Positions 38,183-47,260 of a stretch of 64,000 nt of DNA are shown piece after piece (position 1 is the stretch's first letter; each line of letters opens with the position of its first letter). A program made the position numbers and the translations under genes. Below the pieces are notes generated by a model that saw only the letters and a list, made by a program, of their open reading frames with translations, was not told where the DNA came from and searched no databases. The DNA is from an uncultured Bacteroidales bacterium. Its GTDB lineage: Bacteria > Bacteroidota > Bacteroidia > Bacteroidales > VadinHA17. The stretch spans positions 631,792 to 695,791 of the forward strand of contig CAVXEU010000003.1 in NCBI GenBank assembly GCA_963760915.1, written 5' to 3'.

Positions 38183-38184
38183 GA

Positions 38185-39468
38185 TTATTCTGCCTCAAGT
38201 GTAATCTTTGCAACTTTCTCAAGATCCTTTACATAATGTCTTGATCCAAGCCAGAATAGAAGTGCTCCTACAAGCAGCATAAACGGCAGAATCGACATAG
38301 CGACACGGATGTTGGAGAGATCGTAAATTTTACCCAATACAACCGGGGCCATTGATGCTCCAAGAAGGTTCTGAACCACTACCGCAATAGCATAAGAAGT
38401 TGCCCTAAGTCCGGGATGAATAACATCCTGTGTAACAGCAGCTGCTCCCGAAATAAAACTCAAAACCAATATCCCGAATAAAAGAAAAACAGCATACTGA
38501 ATAGTGCCTTTAAATATAGTCAGAGCCAAAAACAGCACAATAGCTGATAAGAAGGTGGACAAGGCAGGGAAAAGCAATCTGGCATTTACCTTACTCTTTC
38601 TCCATCTGTCGGTGAGGTAACCTCCCAGTGGTGCACCTATAATGGCAAGCACCATTATTGAACTGGCCATCTTTCCGGCATTTTCCTGAGGAATCCCCCG
38701 CACATTTTCAAGGTATGTCGGAAGCCAGGTCAGCATGGATGTCGTGACAAATACAACAGCAGCCATTCCGAAATAAGTAAACATTACCGATGGTTTTGTA
38801 ATAAATTCCTTAACTATATCTTTTCTCTCCATCTTTACCTTGTTTCTGCTCTTATCAAAAAATGACAGATCTACAGTTTTGTAGTCCTTCACGAACAGAA
38901 AAAGAACTGCCACAATAAGGCCGGGCAAAGCAACTATTCCAAAGGCATGCTTCCAGCCGAGCTTTGCTGCAATAATACCCCCGAGCAATACTCCTATTGC
39001 CGAGCCCAGTGGTATTGACGCATTCCAGATCCCCATCATTTTTGCTCTTTTATCAACGGGATATAATCCTGATATCAGGGCACTTCCACCTGGCGCATAC
39101 CCAGCTTCACCCACACCAATAAGCAGTCGGGCCATAAACAACTGAACAAAGTTTCCGGTAAGAGCACATATCGCAGTTGCAACACTCCACATAATTGCCA
39201 TTATGCCAATTGTCTTGCTTCTGCTCCACCGGTCAACAAGAATTGATACAGGGAAAGTCAGCAGAACGATCGCCCAGTAGACTGCCGATACAAGTAATCC
39301 ACTCTGGGTATGAGTAATTCCCCAATCTTTTTCTATTGAGGTAAACATGGATGTAACAACCATCCTGTCGATATAATCAAACATATACAACAGGAACAAT
39401 AACATAAAAACATAATTTGAGTAGCCTTTTGAAAAAAGGTACCCGCTTCGATCATCAGGTTTTTGCAT
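38185..39468 (-). CDS. MFS transporter
   Basis: 427 aa and 12 TM helices, with an MFS loop motif (DRWSRSKT). Confidence 0.8.
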   Translation of the reverse strand: MQKPDDRSGYLFSKGYSNYVFMLLFLLYMFDYIDRMVVTSMFTSIEKDWGITHTQSGLLVSAVYWAIVLLTFPVSILVDRWSRSKTIGIMAIMWSVATAICALTGNFVQLFMARLLIGVGEAGYAPGGSALISGLYPVDKRAKMMGIWNASIPLGSAIGVLLGGIIAAKLGWKHAFGIVALPGLIVAVLFLFVKDYKTVDLSFFDKSRNKVKMERKDIVKEFITKPSVMFTYFGMAAVVFVTTSMLTWLPTYLENVRGIPQENAGKMASSIMVLAIIGAPLGGYLTDRWRKSKVNARLLFPALSTFLSAIVLFLALTIFKGTIQYAVFLLFGILVLSFISGAAAVTQDVIHPGLRATSYAIAVVVQNLLGASMAPVVLGKIYDLSNIRVAMSILPFMLLVGALLFWLGSRHYVKDLEKVAKITLEAE

Positions 39469-39608
39469 TGTGCCTAGAATTTATTAATCCTCAATACCAA
39501 GTAAATAAAAATAAATATCAGTTACTTATTTTTTCGTATTTTTAAGTCTTTATACTTATTATTAAAAACTGAACATTAATCCAGCTTAGATTTGATAAGC
39601 TAATTTAA

Positions 39609-39700
39609 GTTGAAGGGGTTGAAAGAGTTGAAGAGTTGAAGAGGTTGAATGGTTGAATGGGTTGAAGGGTTGAAGGGGTTGAAGGGGTTGAAGGGTTGAA
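39609..39700. repeat. tandem array of about 11 degenerate 8-10-bp units TTGAAGGGG
   Basis: Read directly: gttgaagggg ttgaaagag ttgaagag ttgaagagg ttgaatgg ttgaatggg ttgaaggg ttgaagggg ttgaagggg ttgaaggg ttgaa. Confidence 0.9.
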
Positions 39701-39876
39701 AAATCTCTGTGACTACTATGTGGCTCTCAGTGTAATATCGCTTTTTAGTCTTAGCAAGAAATAAAAAGAACTTTCACTAAGGTGCACAGAGTCCAGATAG
39801 TAATAGGGAACACCGAGTTACGAAAAGGAAGAAATAAGGAAAGGTGTGAGGCGTATGGCCTGGTCATTACAGAAAA

Positions 39877-39893
39877 GTTGAAGGGGTTGAAAT
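39877..39893. repeat. short TTGAAGGGG array (1.7 units)
   Basis: It reads gttgaaggggttgaaat. Together with 39609-39700 it brackets a 176-bp segment. Confidence 0.8.
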
Positions 39894-40005
39894 TTAAAAA
39901 TGATGAAATGAAATAAAACTTCAGTCTCAATTATTTACAACAACCAGAAATATTATAATTTTAATTACTACTTTTCATTTGTCAAACAATATTTACTTAT
40001 TAGCT

Positions 40006-40455
40006 ATGACAACATTAAAACAAATCAATGAGTTCCTTGATTCTCAGCCAATTGCGTTGGTGGGAGTTTCACGTAATCCAAAAAAATTCGGCTATGCTGC
40101 TTTCAAAGAGCTTAAAGAAAAGGGGATGAATATTATTCCTGTCAATCCTGAAGCTGATGAAATTATGGGTGAAAAGTCATATCCAAATGTTAAATTACTA
40201 CCCTCGGAAGTAAATGGAATAATAATACTGACCCATAAAGATAAAACAGCATCGGTTGTAAGGGAAGCTAAAGAAAAAGGGATAAAGCAGATCTGGATCC
40301 AGCAAATGTCTGATAGCAGGGAAGCTCTTGATGAACTAAAGAGCTCTGATATTAAATTTATTAAAGGAGAATGCATTCTAATGCATTACAAGCCTCATAG
40401 TTTCCACAAATTTCACAGGGGTCTGAAAAAAATCTTTGGCCGTTTTCCCAAATAG
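40006..40455 (+). CDS. CoA-binding domain protein (YccU-like)
   Basis: It has the patterns IALVGVSRNPKKFGY and IPVNP. ATG at 40006 is preferred over the track TTG at 39979. Confidence 0.75.
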   Translation: MTTLKQINEFLDSQPIALVGVSRNPKKFGYAAFKELKEKGMNIIPVNPEADEIMGEKSYPNVKLLPSEVNGIIILTHKDKTASVVREAKEKGIKQIWIQQMSDSREALDELKSSDIKFIKGECILMHYKPHSFHKFHRGLKKIFGRFPK

Positions 40456-40524
40456 TAAAAGTGGTTAAAAAAAATAAGGTATTTACAAGCTCCGGTTAGT
40501 TCTGAAATTAAGAAGCATACCAAG

Positions 40525-40932
40525 ATGACATTTAACTATGATACATATGGCCTTGAATTTGTTGTCCGGGATTATGAATGTGATCTTCAGGGAGTAGTAA
40601 ACAATGCCAATTATCTTCATTATCTGGAACATGCGCGGCATGAGTTTCTTATTTTAAAGGATGTGAATTTTGTCCGGCTTCACGAAGAAGGGACAGACCT
40701 GATTGTTACAAAAATTGAAATCGATTATAAATATCCTCTCCGCAGTGGTGATAAATTCATTGTCCGGCTGAACATTCAAAGAGAAGGTAATGCAAGGCTT
40801 GTTTTTGTTCAGGATATCTTCAGGCTGCCTGACGAGAAACATGTAGCCCATGCAAGGGTGACCGGAATAGCTACGAGGAAAGGCAGACCTGTTCATCCCG
40901 GTAAGCTGATTGAACAATTGGGACTCAAATAA
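40525..40932 (+). CDS. acyl-CoA thioesterase, YbgC/4HBT hot-dog family
   Basis: It has the N-terminal motif VRDYECDLQGVVNNANYLHYLEHAR. Confidence 0.8.
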   Translation: MTFNYDTYGLEFVVRDYECDLQGVVNNANYLHYLEHARHEFLILKDVNFVRLHEEGTDLIVTKIEIDYKYPLRSGDKFIVRLNIQREGNARLVFVQDIFRLPDEKHVAHARVTGIATRKGRPVHPGKLIEQLGLK

Positions 40933-40966
40933 GTGATACCTAAATTATTGAATAAATTTCAAAATC

Positions 40967-41881
40967 ATGGGAAAAAATAAACTGACGCGAAGACAATTTG
41001 TTACGACAATGACAGTTGGAGCAGGAACTATTCTGATAGGAAAAGCAGCTCTTGCAATGCCGTCCGGTTCACCTGTTTCAGCAGCGGATCCTTTCCAGAT
41101 AATAACTCTGGGGAGGACAGGAATAAAATCGACTCTGCTTGGCATGGGGACAGGATTTAGCGGTTATAACCGTTCATCCAATATTACCAGGGCCGGAGTT
41201 GCTGAATCTATAATTCATCAGGCATATGAAAAAGGTATAAGGTTTTTTGACTGTGCAGACAGTTATGGTACTCATCCTTATACAGCTGCTGCCCTTAAAG
41301 GTATTCCAAGGGACAGCTATATCCTAAGCTCAAAGATCTGGGTAAGCCAGGGAGGTATTCCGGAGTCGGAACGACCGGATGCTGATGTTGTTGTTGAACG
41401 TTTCCGGAAAGAATTAAAGACTGACTATCTTGATGTTGTTCAGATACATTGCATGACAGATTCCGACTGGACTGACAAACAGAAAAAGCAGATGGATATT
41501 CTTGAAAATCTTAAGGCGAAAAAGATTATCAGGGCACACGGTGTATCGGTGCATTCACTTGAGGCCATGAAAGCCTGCATAGGAAATCCATGGATAGATG
41601 TGATACATGTCAGGGTAAATCCTTATGGTGAATCTATGGACAGAAGGGATCCTGCAGAAGTTATTCCGGTAATCGAAAAACTTCACAGTGAAGGCAAAGG
41701 AGTGATCGGTATGAAGCTGATAGGTAACGGTAAATTCAGAAACGACTCTGAAAAAATTGACTCATCACTGAAGTATGTGCTGGGACTTGGAACTGTTGAT
41801 ATGATAATAGTTGGATTTGAATTACCCGAACAGATTGATAATTATATCGTACGAATCGGAAATGCCCTGAAAGCAAAATAA
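40967..41881 (+). CDS. aldo/keto reductase with Tat-type leader
   Basis: It has the leader RRQFVTTMTVGAG...ALA. AKR-like motifs are FFDCADSYG and YLDVVQIH. Confidence 0.75.
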   Translation: MGKNKLTRRQFVTTMTVGAGTILIGKAALAMPSGSPVSAADPFQIITLGRTGIKSTLLGMGTGFSGYNRSSNITRAGVAESIIHQAYEKGIRFFDCADSYGTHPYTAAALKGIPRDSYILSSKIWVSQGGIPESERPDADVVVERFRKELKTDYLDVVQIHCMTDSDWTDKQKKQMDILENLKAKKIIRAHGVSVHSLEAMKACIGNPWIDVIHVRVNPYGESMDRRDPAEVIPVIEKLHSEGKGVIGMKLIGNGKFRNDSEKIDSSLKYVLGLGTVDMIIVGFELPEQIDNYIVRIGNALKAK

Positions 41882-41923
41882 TTACTTATAACAAATAACC
41901 AGGTGACTTATAAACTATTAATT

Positions 41924-42826
41924 ATGAAGATCATTAAACTTTTAGCTGTTATGCCAATCGTAGCTCTTGGATTTGGCTTTTTCCAGCAGGATGGCATTAA
42001 AGATATTATTCAACCCGGTGCGGTTCTTGAAAAACTGGCTGACGGATTTCAGTTTACTGAAGGCCCTACTGCCGATTCAAAAGGGAATGTTTTTTTCACT
42101 GATCAGCCAAATGACAGGATAATGGAATGGAGTACTGACGGAAAGCTAACAACCTTTATGCAGCCTTGCGGTCGTTCTAATGGGCTTTCTTTTGACAAGG
42201 CAGGAAATTTATGGGCTTGTGCAGAAGCAAAAAATGAACTCTGGAGGATCGCACCTGATAAAAGCGTGACAATTATGCCCTCAAAATATGACGGAAAGGT
42301 ACTAAATGGTCCAAATGATCTATGGATCGCAAGTAACGGCGGAATATTTTTTACTGACCCGTTTTTCAAGAGAGAGTGGTGGGACCATACAGAAAGGCCA
42401 CAGGATATACAGGCAGTATACTACCTTAATCCTGAGCATACGACCATTATCAGAATTGCTGACGACCTGAAACAACCTAACGGCATTATCGGATCACCGG
42501 ACGGAAAGATTCTTTTCGTTGCAGATATGGGAGCTAATAAAACCTGGTCATATACCATTAATGAAGATGGCACCCTGAGTAATAAAACACTCTTTTGTGA
42601 CATGGGCTCAGACGGCATGACTATTGATAACGATGGGAATATTTACCTGACTGGCCGGGGAGTAACAGTATTTGACAAGAATGGCAAAAAATTAGGAAAT
42701 ATTGCCGTTCCGGAAAGCTGGACAGCAAATGTCTGTTTTGGCGGTTCCGACATGAAAAGTCTGTTTATCACTGCCAGCAAGGGTCTTTACTGTATCAGAA
42801 TGAAAACAAAAGGGGCAATAAGCTAA
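41924..42826 (+). CDS. SMP-30/gluconolactonase/LRE family protein (secreted)
   Basis: It has a signal peptide and the motifs FTEGPT, PNDL and PNGI of six-bladed propeller lactonases. ATG at 41924 is preferred over the track GTG at 41903. Confidence 0.8.
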   Translation: MKIIKLLAVMPIVALGFGFFQQDGIKDIIQPGAVLEKLADGFQFTEGPTADSKGNVFFTDQPNDRIMEWSTDGKLTTFMQPCGRSNGLSFDKAGNLWACAEAKNELWRIAPDKSVTIMPSKYDGKVLNGPNDLWIASNGGIFFTDPFFKREWWDHTERPQDIQAVYYLNPEHTTIIRIADDLKQPNGIIGSPDGKILFVADMGANKTWSYTINEDGTLSNKTLFCDMGSDGMTIDNDGNIYLTGRGVTVFDKNGKKLGNIAVPESWTANVCFGGSDMKSLFITASKGLYCIRMKTKGAIS

Positions 42827-42968
42827 GGAAATTATCAATTCCCTGATATTCCCTCATTTTATACAATTCAAATAACATTAATCATTTTATAGGTTAAAAT
42901 CTGTAAATTTTTCTATCATTGTATCAATATTTGACTTACTAATATACTTGAGATTTATTACAAATGTA

Positions 42969-43166
42969 ATGGCTATGGAAGGAACACGAAGAGCAGATGT
43001 CAGGCCGGGAATTGCTGTTATGGTTGAATTAACTGAACATAAGCGTACTGGACTACTGACCGGTGGAAAAGTAAAGGAAATTTTAACTTCCTCGCCGAAT
43101 CATCCGCACGGAATTAAGGTTAAGCTGGAGAATGGTCTGGTCGGAAGAATTAAGCAGATAATCTGA
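42969..43166 (+). CDS. YwbE family protein (DUF2196)
   Basis: It has the pattern R..V.PG..V......KRTG.LT.G.V..ILTSSPNHPHGIKV.L..G.VGR. Confidence 0.7.
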   Translation: MAMEGTRRADVRPGIAVMVELTEHKRTGLLTGGKVKEILTSSPNHPHGIKVKLENGLVGRIKQII

Positions 43167-43271
43167 TTATTCTTATTTAACAATCAATCAAAAAATTATA
43201 TAAATTTGAATTATATGAAGACCTAAGGTTTTTATAGCTGTTTTATTGTTTATTACTGTAATCGGAATATA

Positions 43272-44597
43272 ATGAAATATGAGGATTTTATTGTCACCTC
43301 GCTTGGAAAATGTGGAGTAGTATCTCCATTGAAACATACTCAACGTGCAGATAGCCCGGTCTATAAATTTGTCGATGACAGCGAAAGGATAATTTATGAT
43401 GTCTCTCTGGATAATTTCAACAAATGCAGAGAAACCGGAGAGTTGCCTATCTCTTTTGAAAAAGCTGGTCCCAGGGATTCAATTTATTTTGAACCTGCAA
43501 AAACCAAGGTTGGAATTGTAACGTGCGGAGGATTATGTCCCGGATTGAATAATGTTATCCGCAGCATAGTCAATGAGCTCTATTACAGATATGGTATCTG
43601 CAGGGTGATCGGCATAAAATATGGATATGAAGGATTAATATCAAAGTTCAACCATCCGGTTATTGAGCTTACCGCACCAATGGTCAACAATATTCATCTG
43701 ACTGGCGGATCAATTCTCGGTTCATCAAGAGGACTGCAGGATGTGGAAAAAATTGTTGATACCCTTGAGATCATGAATATCAATATATTGTTTTGCATCG
43801 GAGGTGACGGAACTCTGCGCGGAGCACATGAAATCCACAAAGAGATTGAGAAGCGCAGACTTAAGATCTGCATCGCAGGGATCCCAAAAACTATAGATAA
43901 TGATATTGACCTGATACAAAAGTCATTTGGTTTTGAAACAGCCTTTTCCATTGCCAATGATATCATCAGAAATGCTCACAATGAGGCAGCAGGTGCTTTT
44001 AACGGCATTGCCCTTGTAAAGCTGATGGGGCGTGATTCGGGTTTTATCGCGGCCAGTGCTGCGCTGTCGATTCAGGAGGTTAATTTTGTTCTGATCCCGG
44101 AAATTACTTTTGATCTTTACGGGCAGCGCGGATTTCTCCGCACACTTAGAAAAAGGCTCGACGAGAGGCAGCATGCGGTAATAGTTGTAGCTGAAGGCGC
44201 AGGGCAGGAATTTTTTGAAAATTGTGAAAATGATAAAGATTCATCAGGAAACATAAAACATAAAGACATTGGTGTCTACCTCAGAGATAAAATCTCAGAA
44301 GAATTTAAAAACAAAAAATTTCCACACTCTTTAAAATATATCGATCCAAGCTATATCATAAGGAGTGCCCCGGCGAATGCAAATGACAGCAAATTTTGTA
44401 ATCTTCTTGCTCAGAATGCTGTTCATGCAGCTCTCTCCGGTAAAACTGATTTTGTAATAGGCTTCTGGAATAACCAGTTTACACTAATGCCAATTCCACA
44501 GGTGATTGCAAAACGGAAAAAAATAGATATCGAAGGCGAATTATGGTGGAATGTACTTGAAGCAACAGGCCAACCAATAAGCATGAAGAATCCCTGA
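43272..44597 (+). CDS. pfk: 6-phosphofructokinase (long, PPi-PFK-like clade; phosphoryl donor uncertain)
   Basis: It has the motifs GGLCPGLNNVIR, GGDGT, PKTIDNDI and MGR. Confidence 0.85.
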   Translation: MKYEDFIVTSLGKCGVVSPLKHTQRADSPVYKFVDDSERIIYDVSLDNFNKCRETGELPISFEKAGPRDSIYFEPAKTKVGIVTCGGLCPGLNNVIRSIVNELYYRYGICRVIGIKYGYEGLISKFNHPVIELTAPMVNNIHLTGGSILGSSRGLQDVEKIVDTLEIMNINILFCIGGDGTLRGAHEIHKEIEKRRLKICIAGIPKTIDNDIDLIQKSFGFETAFSIANDIIRNAHNEAAGAFNGIALVKLMGRDSGFIAASAALSIQEVNFVLIPEITFDLYGQRGFLRTLRKRLDERQHAVIVVAEGAGQEFFENCENDKDSSGNIKHKDIGVYLRDKISEEFKNKKFPHSLKYIDPSYIIRSAPANANDSKFCNLLAQNAVHAALSGKTDFVIGFWNNQFTLMPIPQVIAKRKKIDIEGELWWNVLEATGQPISMKNP

Positions 44598-44598
44598 T

Positions 44599-45219
44599 AT
44601 GATAAAGAACGTAATTTTTGACCTTGGAAATGTTCTGATAAGTTTCAGACCATCTGAATTTTTTAGTACAAAAAGATATCCGCAGCATCTGAAAGAGAGG
44701 ATTTTATCTGACATATTCGACAGTAAAGAATGGCTCATGCTGGATAAAAGTGAAATAAACACACGTGAGGCTATAGAATCAATCGCTACGAAGTCAGAAC
44801 TTACTAAGGAAGAAATAGCCCATATTTTCAATTTACGCACCGAGATGATGTTTCCACTCGACCTTAACGTCAGACTGCTCCCAGAGCTAAAAAAACAGGG
44901 TTTCAGGCTGTATTTTCTGTCGAACTTCCCTATTGATATTTTTGAAGAGATAAAAACAGGATACTTTTTTTTCACATATTTTGATGGAGGGTTAATTTCA
45001 GGTGAAGCAAAAGTATCCAAACCTGATAAAAGGATTTTCGAGCTTTTCCTCGAAAACTATTCTTTGAACCCCGGTGAATGTCTTTTCATCGACGATCTTG
45101 AAATAAATGTCAAGTCTTCTGAAGAAATTGGAATGAAAGGGCTGACAACTTTTGGTTCTCCTGATATTTCAAAAGAAATCAGGAGTATCTTATCTCTTTC
45201 TCCCGGTTTGTCCAAATAA
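44599..45219 (+). CDS. HAD family hydrolase (subfamily IA)
   Basis: It has motif I (VIFDLGNVL) and a C-terminal FIDDL motif. Confidence 0.75.
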   Translation: MIKNVIFDLGNVLISFRPSEFFSTKRYPQHLKERILSDIFDSKEWLMLDKSEINTREAIESIATKSELTKEEIAHIFNLRTEMMFPLDLNVRLLPELKKQGFRLYFLSNFPIDIFEEIKTGYFFFTYFDGGLISGEAKVSKPDKRIFELFLENYSLNPGECLFIDDLEINVKSSEEIGMKGLTTFGSPDISKEIRSILSLSPGLSK

Positions 45220-45422
45220 GTTTTCAAAATAATATTGTAGCTGGCTAGGAGAAAAACTTTACCGCCTCTTTGAGCAGGGTCACCATGGAGACACCCAGCA
45301 ATTAAAATTCATCACCACATGCAGGGATGCATTTAAATATTCGATTCTGGTTGACTTAACAGATCGGTCTTTACTAGCTATATTGTTCAATATGTGTTCC
45401 TTACAGTATCTTTATATTAAAT

Positions 45423-45438
45423 TGTTCCACGTGGAAAC
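45423..45438. other. parS-like site TGTTCCACGTGGAAAC (14 of 16 to a perfect palindrome)
   Basis: Read directly. The 12-bp core TTCCACGTGGAA is palindromic. It lies 5 nt downstream of the uvrC stop. Confidence 0.4.
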
Positions 45439-45443
45439 TGTAA

Positions 45444-47240
45444 CTAATTCCTGAAATATCCTGTTAAAACAGTTGTTTTTGCGTGTCCGATAACTTTTTC
45501 AAGCTCTTCGGGTGTAGCACTTTTAATTTTATCAACCGAGCCAAAATATTTAAGCAAAATTTCTTTTGTTGCCGGACCGATACCTTTTATCCGGTCAAGA
45601 TCAGATTTTATCATCTCTGATGAACGCTTGTCGCGATGAAAATTGATTCCGAAGCGATGAGCCTCATTACGAAGTTGCTGAATAATTTTAAGGCTGATGG
45701 AATTCTTATCGAGATAAATGGGAACACTGTCGCCGGGGAAATAGATTTCCTCAAGTTTCTTGGCAATTCCGATCACAGTTATTTTTTGTCTCAGATTGAG
45801 TTTCTCGATACTTTTCATTGCTGATGATAATTGTCCTTTACCTCCGTCAATAATTACCAGTTGCGGGATCTTCTGCTCTTCCTCAAGCATTCTCTTATAT
45901 CGTCTGAATACTATCTCTTCCATCGAAGAAAAGTCATCAGGCCCGATAACTGTTTTAATATTGAAATGACGGTACTCCTTTTTGCTTGGTTTTGCATTAC
46001 GGAATACCACACATGCAGCAACCGGATTGGTACCCATGATATTTGAATTATCAAAACATTCTATATGTACAGGAAGATCAGGCATATGAAGATCATTCTT
46101 AAGTTTCTCAAGGTTTCTTCCGGTACGTGCCTGAGGGGCATGCTCCATTCTCTTTTTCTTCTGCTCGAGTTTATAGTATATGGCATTACGCTGAGCAAGT
46201 TCAAGAAGTTTATATTTATCGCCAGCCTGAGGAACAGTATATTTGAGCTTGTTTATTAACATATCCGGCTTAAATGGCACTATTATTTCAGGAGAATCAC
46301 TTATTAATCTTTGTCTTATCTCAGTAATGGCAAAACCAAGAATTGATTCTTTTTCCTCATCGACCCTGCTTTTCAGTTCGACAGTAAATGCTTGAATAAC
46401 AGCGCCTTGAACAACCTTTAAATAGTTAACATATGCATTATCAGCCTCTTGTGCTATGGCAAAAACATCCACATTCTTTATTGTATTGCTCACCACTGTT
46501 GAACGGCTTCTGAACCCCGAGAGAATTGCGATTTTATCTTTTATTACCTGAGCCTCTTCAAACCGCAGTTCTTTCGAATATTGCCGCATAAGTAATTTCA
46601 GATGGTCAATAACTGTTGAAATATTTCCTCTGAGTATATCTTTTATCTGGACAATGCTTTCCTGGTAATCGTTTTCATCCTGAAGGCCGACGCAAGGGCC
46701 TTTGCAGTTGCCCAGATGATACTCAAGACATACTTTGAATTTCCCGGCTGAAATATTTGATTCTGTCAGGTTTAGTGTACAGGTTCTCAGTTTATACAAT
46801 TGTCTTATAAGAGCAATCAGGGTTTTAACCATAAGGGCTGAAGTATATGGTCCAAAATAGAGTGAACCGTCTCTTATTACGTGTCTTGTACTGAACACCC
46901 TGGGGAAAGGCTCTTTTTTTATACAGATCCAGGGAAAAGTTTTATCATCCTTAAGGAGTATATTATATCTTGGCTGATGCTTTTTAATGAGGTTATTCTC
47001 AAGCAGTAAAGCATCCGATTCATTATCTACGACAATATGCCTGATATCATGAGTCCTTCTAAGCAGTACAGTGGTTTTCCCTGACTGGTTTTTAGAAAAA
47101 TATGACGTAACCCTCTTTTTAAGATTCTTTGCTTTGCCCACATATATTACTGTACCTTCGGAGTCGAGAAACTGGTATATTCCTGGTTTATCCGGAAGTA
47201 AGGACAATATAGATTTGAATTTTGAATCTGATGTCATCAC
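45444..47240 (-). CDS. uvrC: excinuclease ABC subunit C
   Basis: 598 aa with a GIY-YIG N-terminus (GIYQFLD...VIYVGKAKNLKKRV), a UVR domain and a C-terminal HhH. Confidence 0.95.
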   Translation of the reverse strand: MMTSDSKFKSILSLLPDKPGIYQFLDSEGTVIYVGKAKNLKKRVTSYFSKNQSGKTTVLLRRTHDIRHIVVDNESDALLLENNLIKKHQPRYNILLKDDKTFPWICIKKEPFPRVFSTRHVIRDGSLYFGPYTSALMVKTLIALIRQLYKLRTCTLNLTESNISAGKFKVCLEYHLGNCKGPCVGLQDENDYQESIVQIKDILRGNISTVIDHLKLLMRQYSKELRFEEAQVIKDKIAILSGFRSRSTVVSNTIKNVDVFAIAQEADNAYVNYLKVVQGAVIQAFTVELKSRVDEEKESILGFAITEIRQRLISDSPEIIVPFKPDMLINKLKYTVPQAGDKYKLLELAQRNAIYYKLEQKKKRMEHAPQARTGRNLEKLKNDLHMPDLPVHIECFDNSNIMGTNPVAACVVFRNAKPSKKEYRHFNIKTVIGPDDFSSMEEIVFRRYKRMLEEEQKIPQLVIIDGGKGQLSSAMKSIEKLNLRQKITVIGIAKKLEEIYFPGDSVPIYLDKNSISLKIIQQLRNEAHRFGINFHRDKRSSEMIKSDLDRIKGIGPATKEILLKYFGSVDKIKSATPEELEKVIGHAKTTVLTGYFRN

Positions 47241-47260
47241 ACAAATAAAATATTACTGCT

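Noticed and set aside
39609-39700. The short-period repeat array, considered as a CRISPR.
   Set aside because: The period is only 8-10 bp with no spacers. It is a microsatellite-like tandem array, and there are no cas genes.
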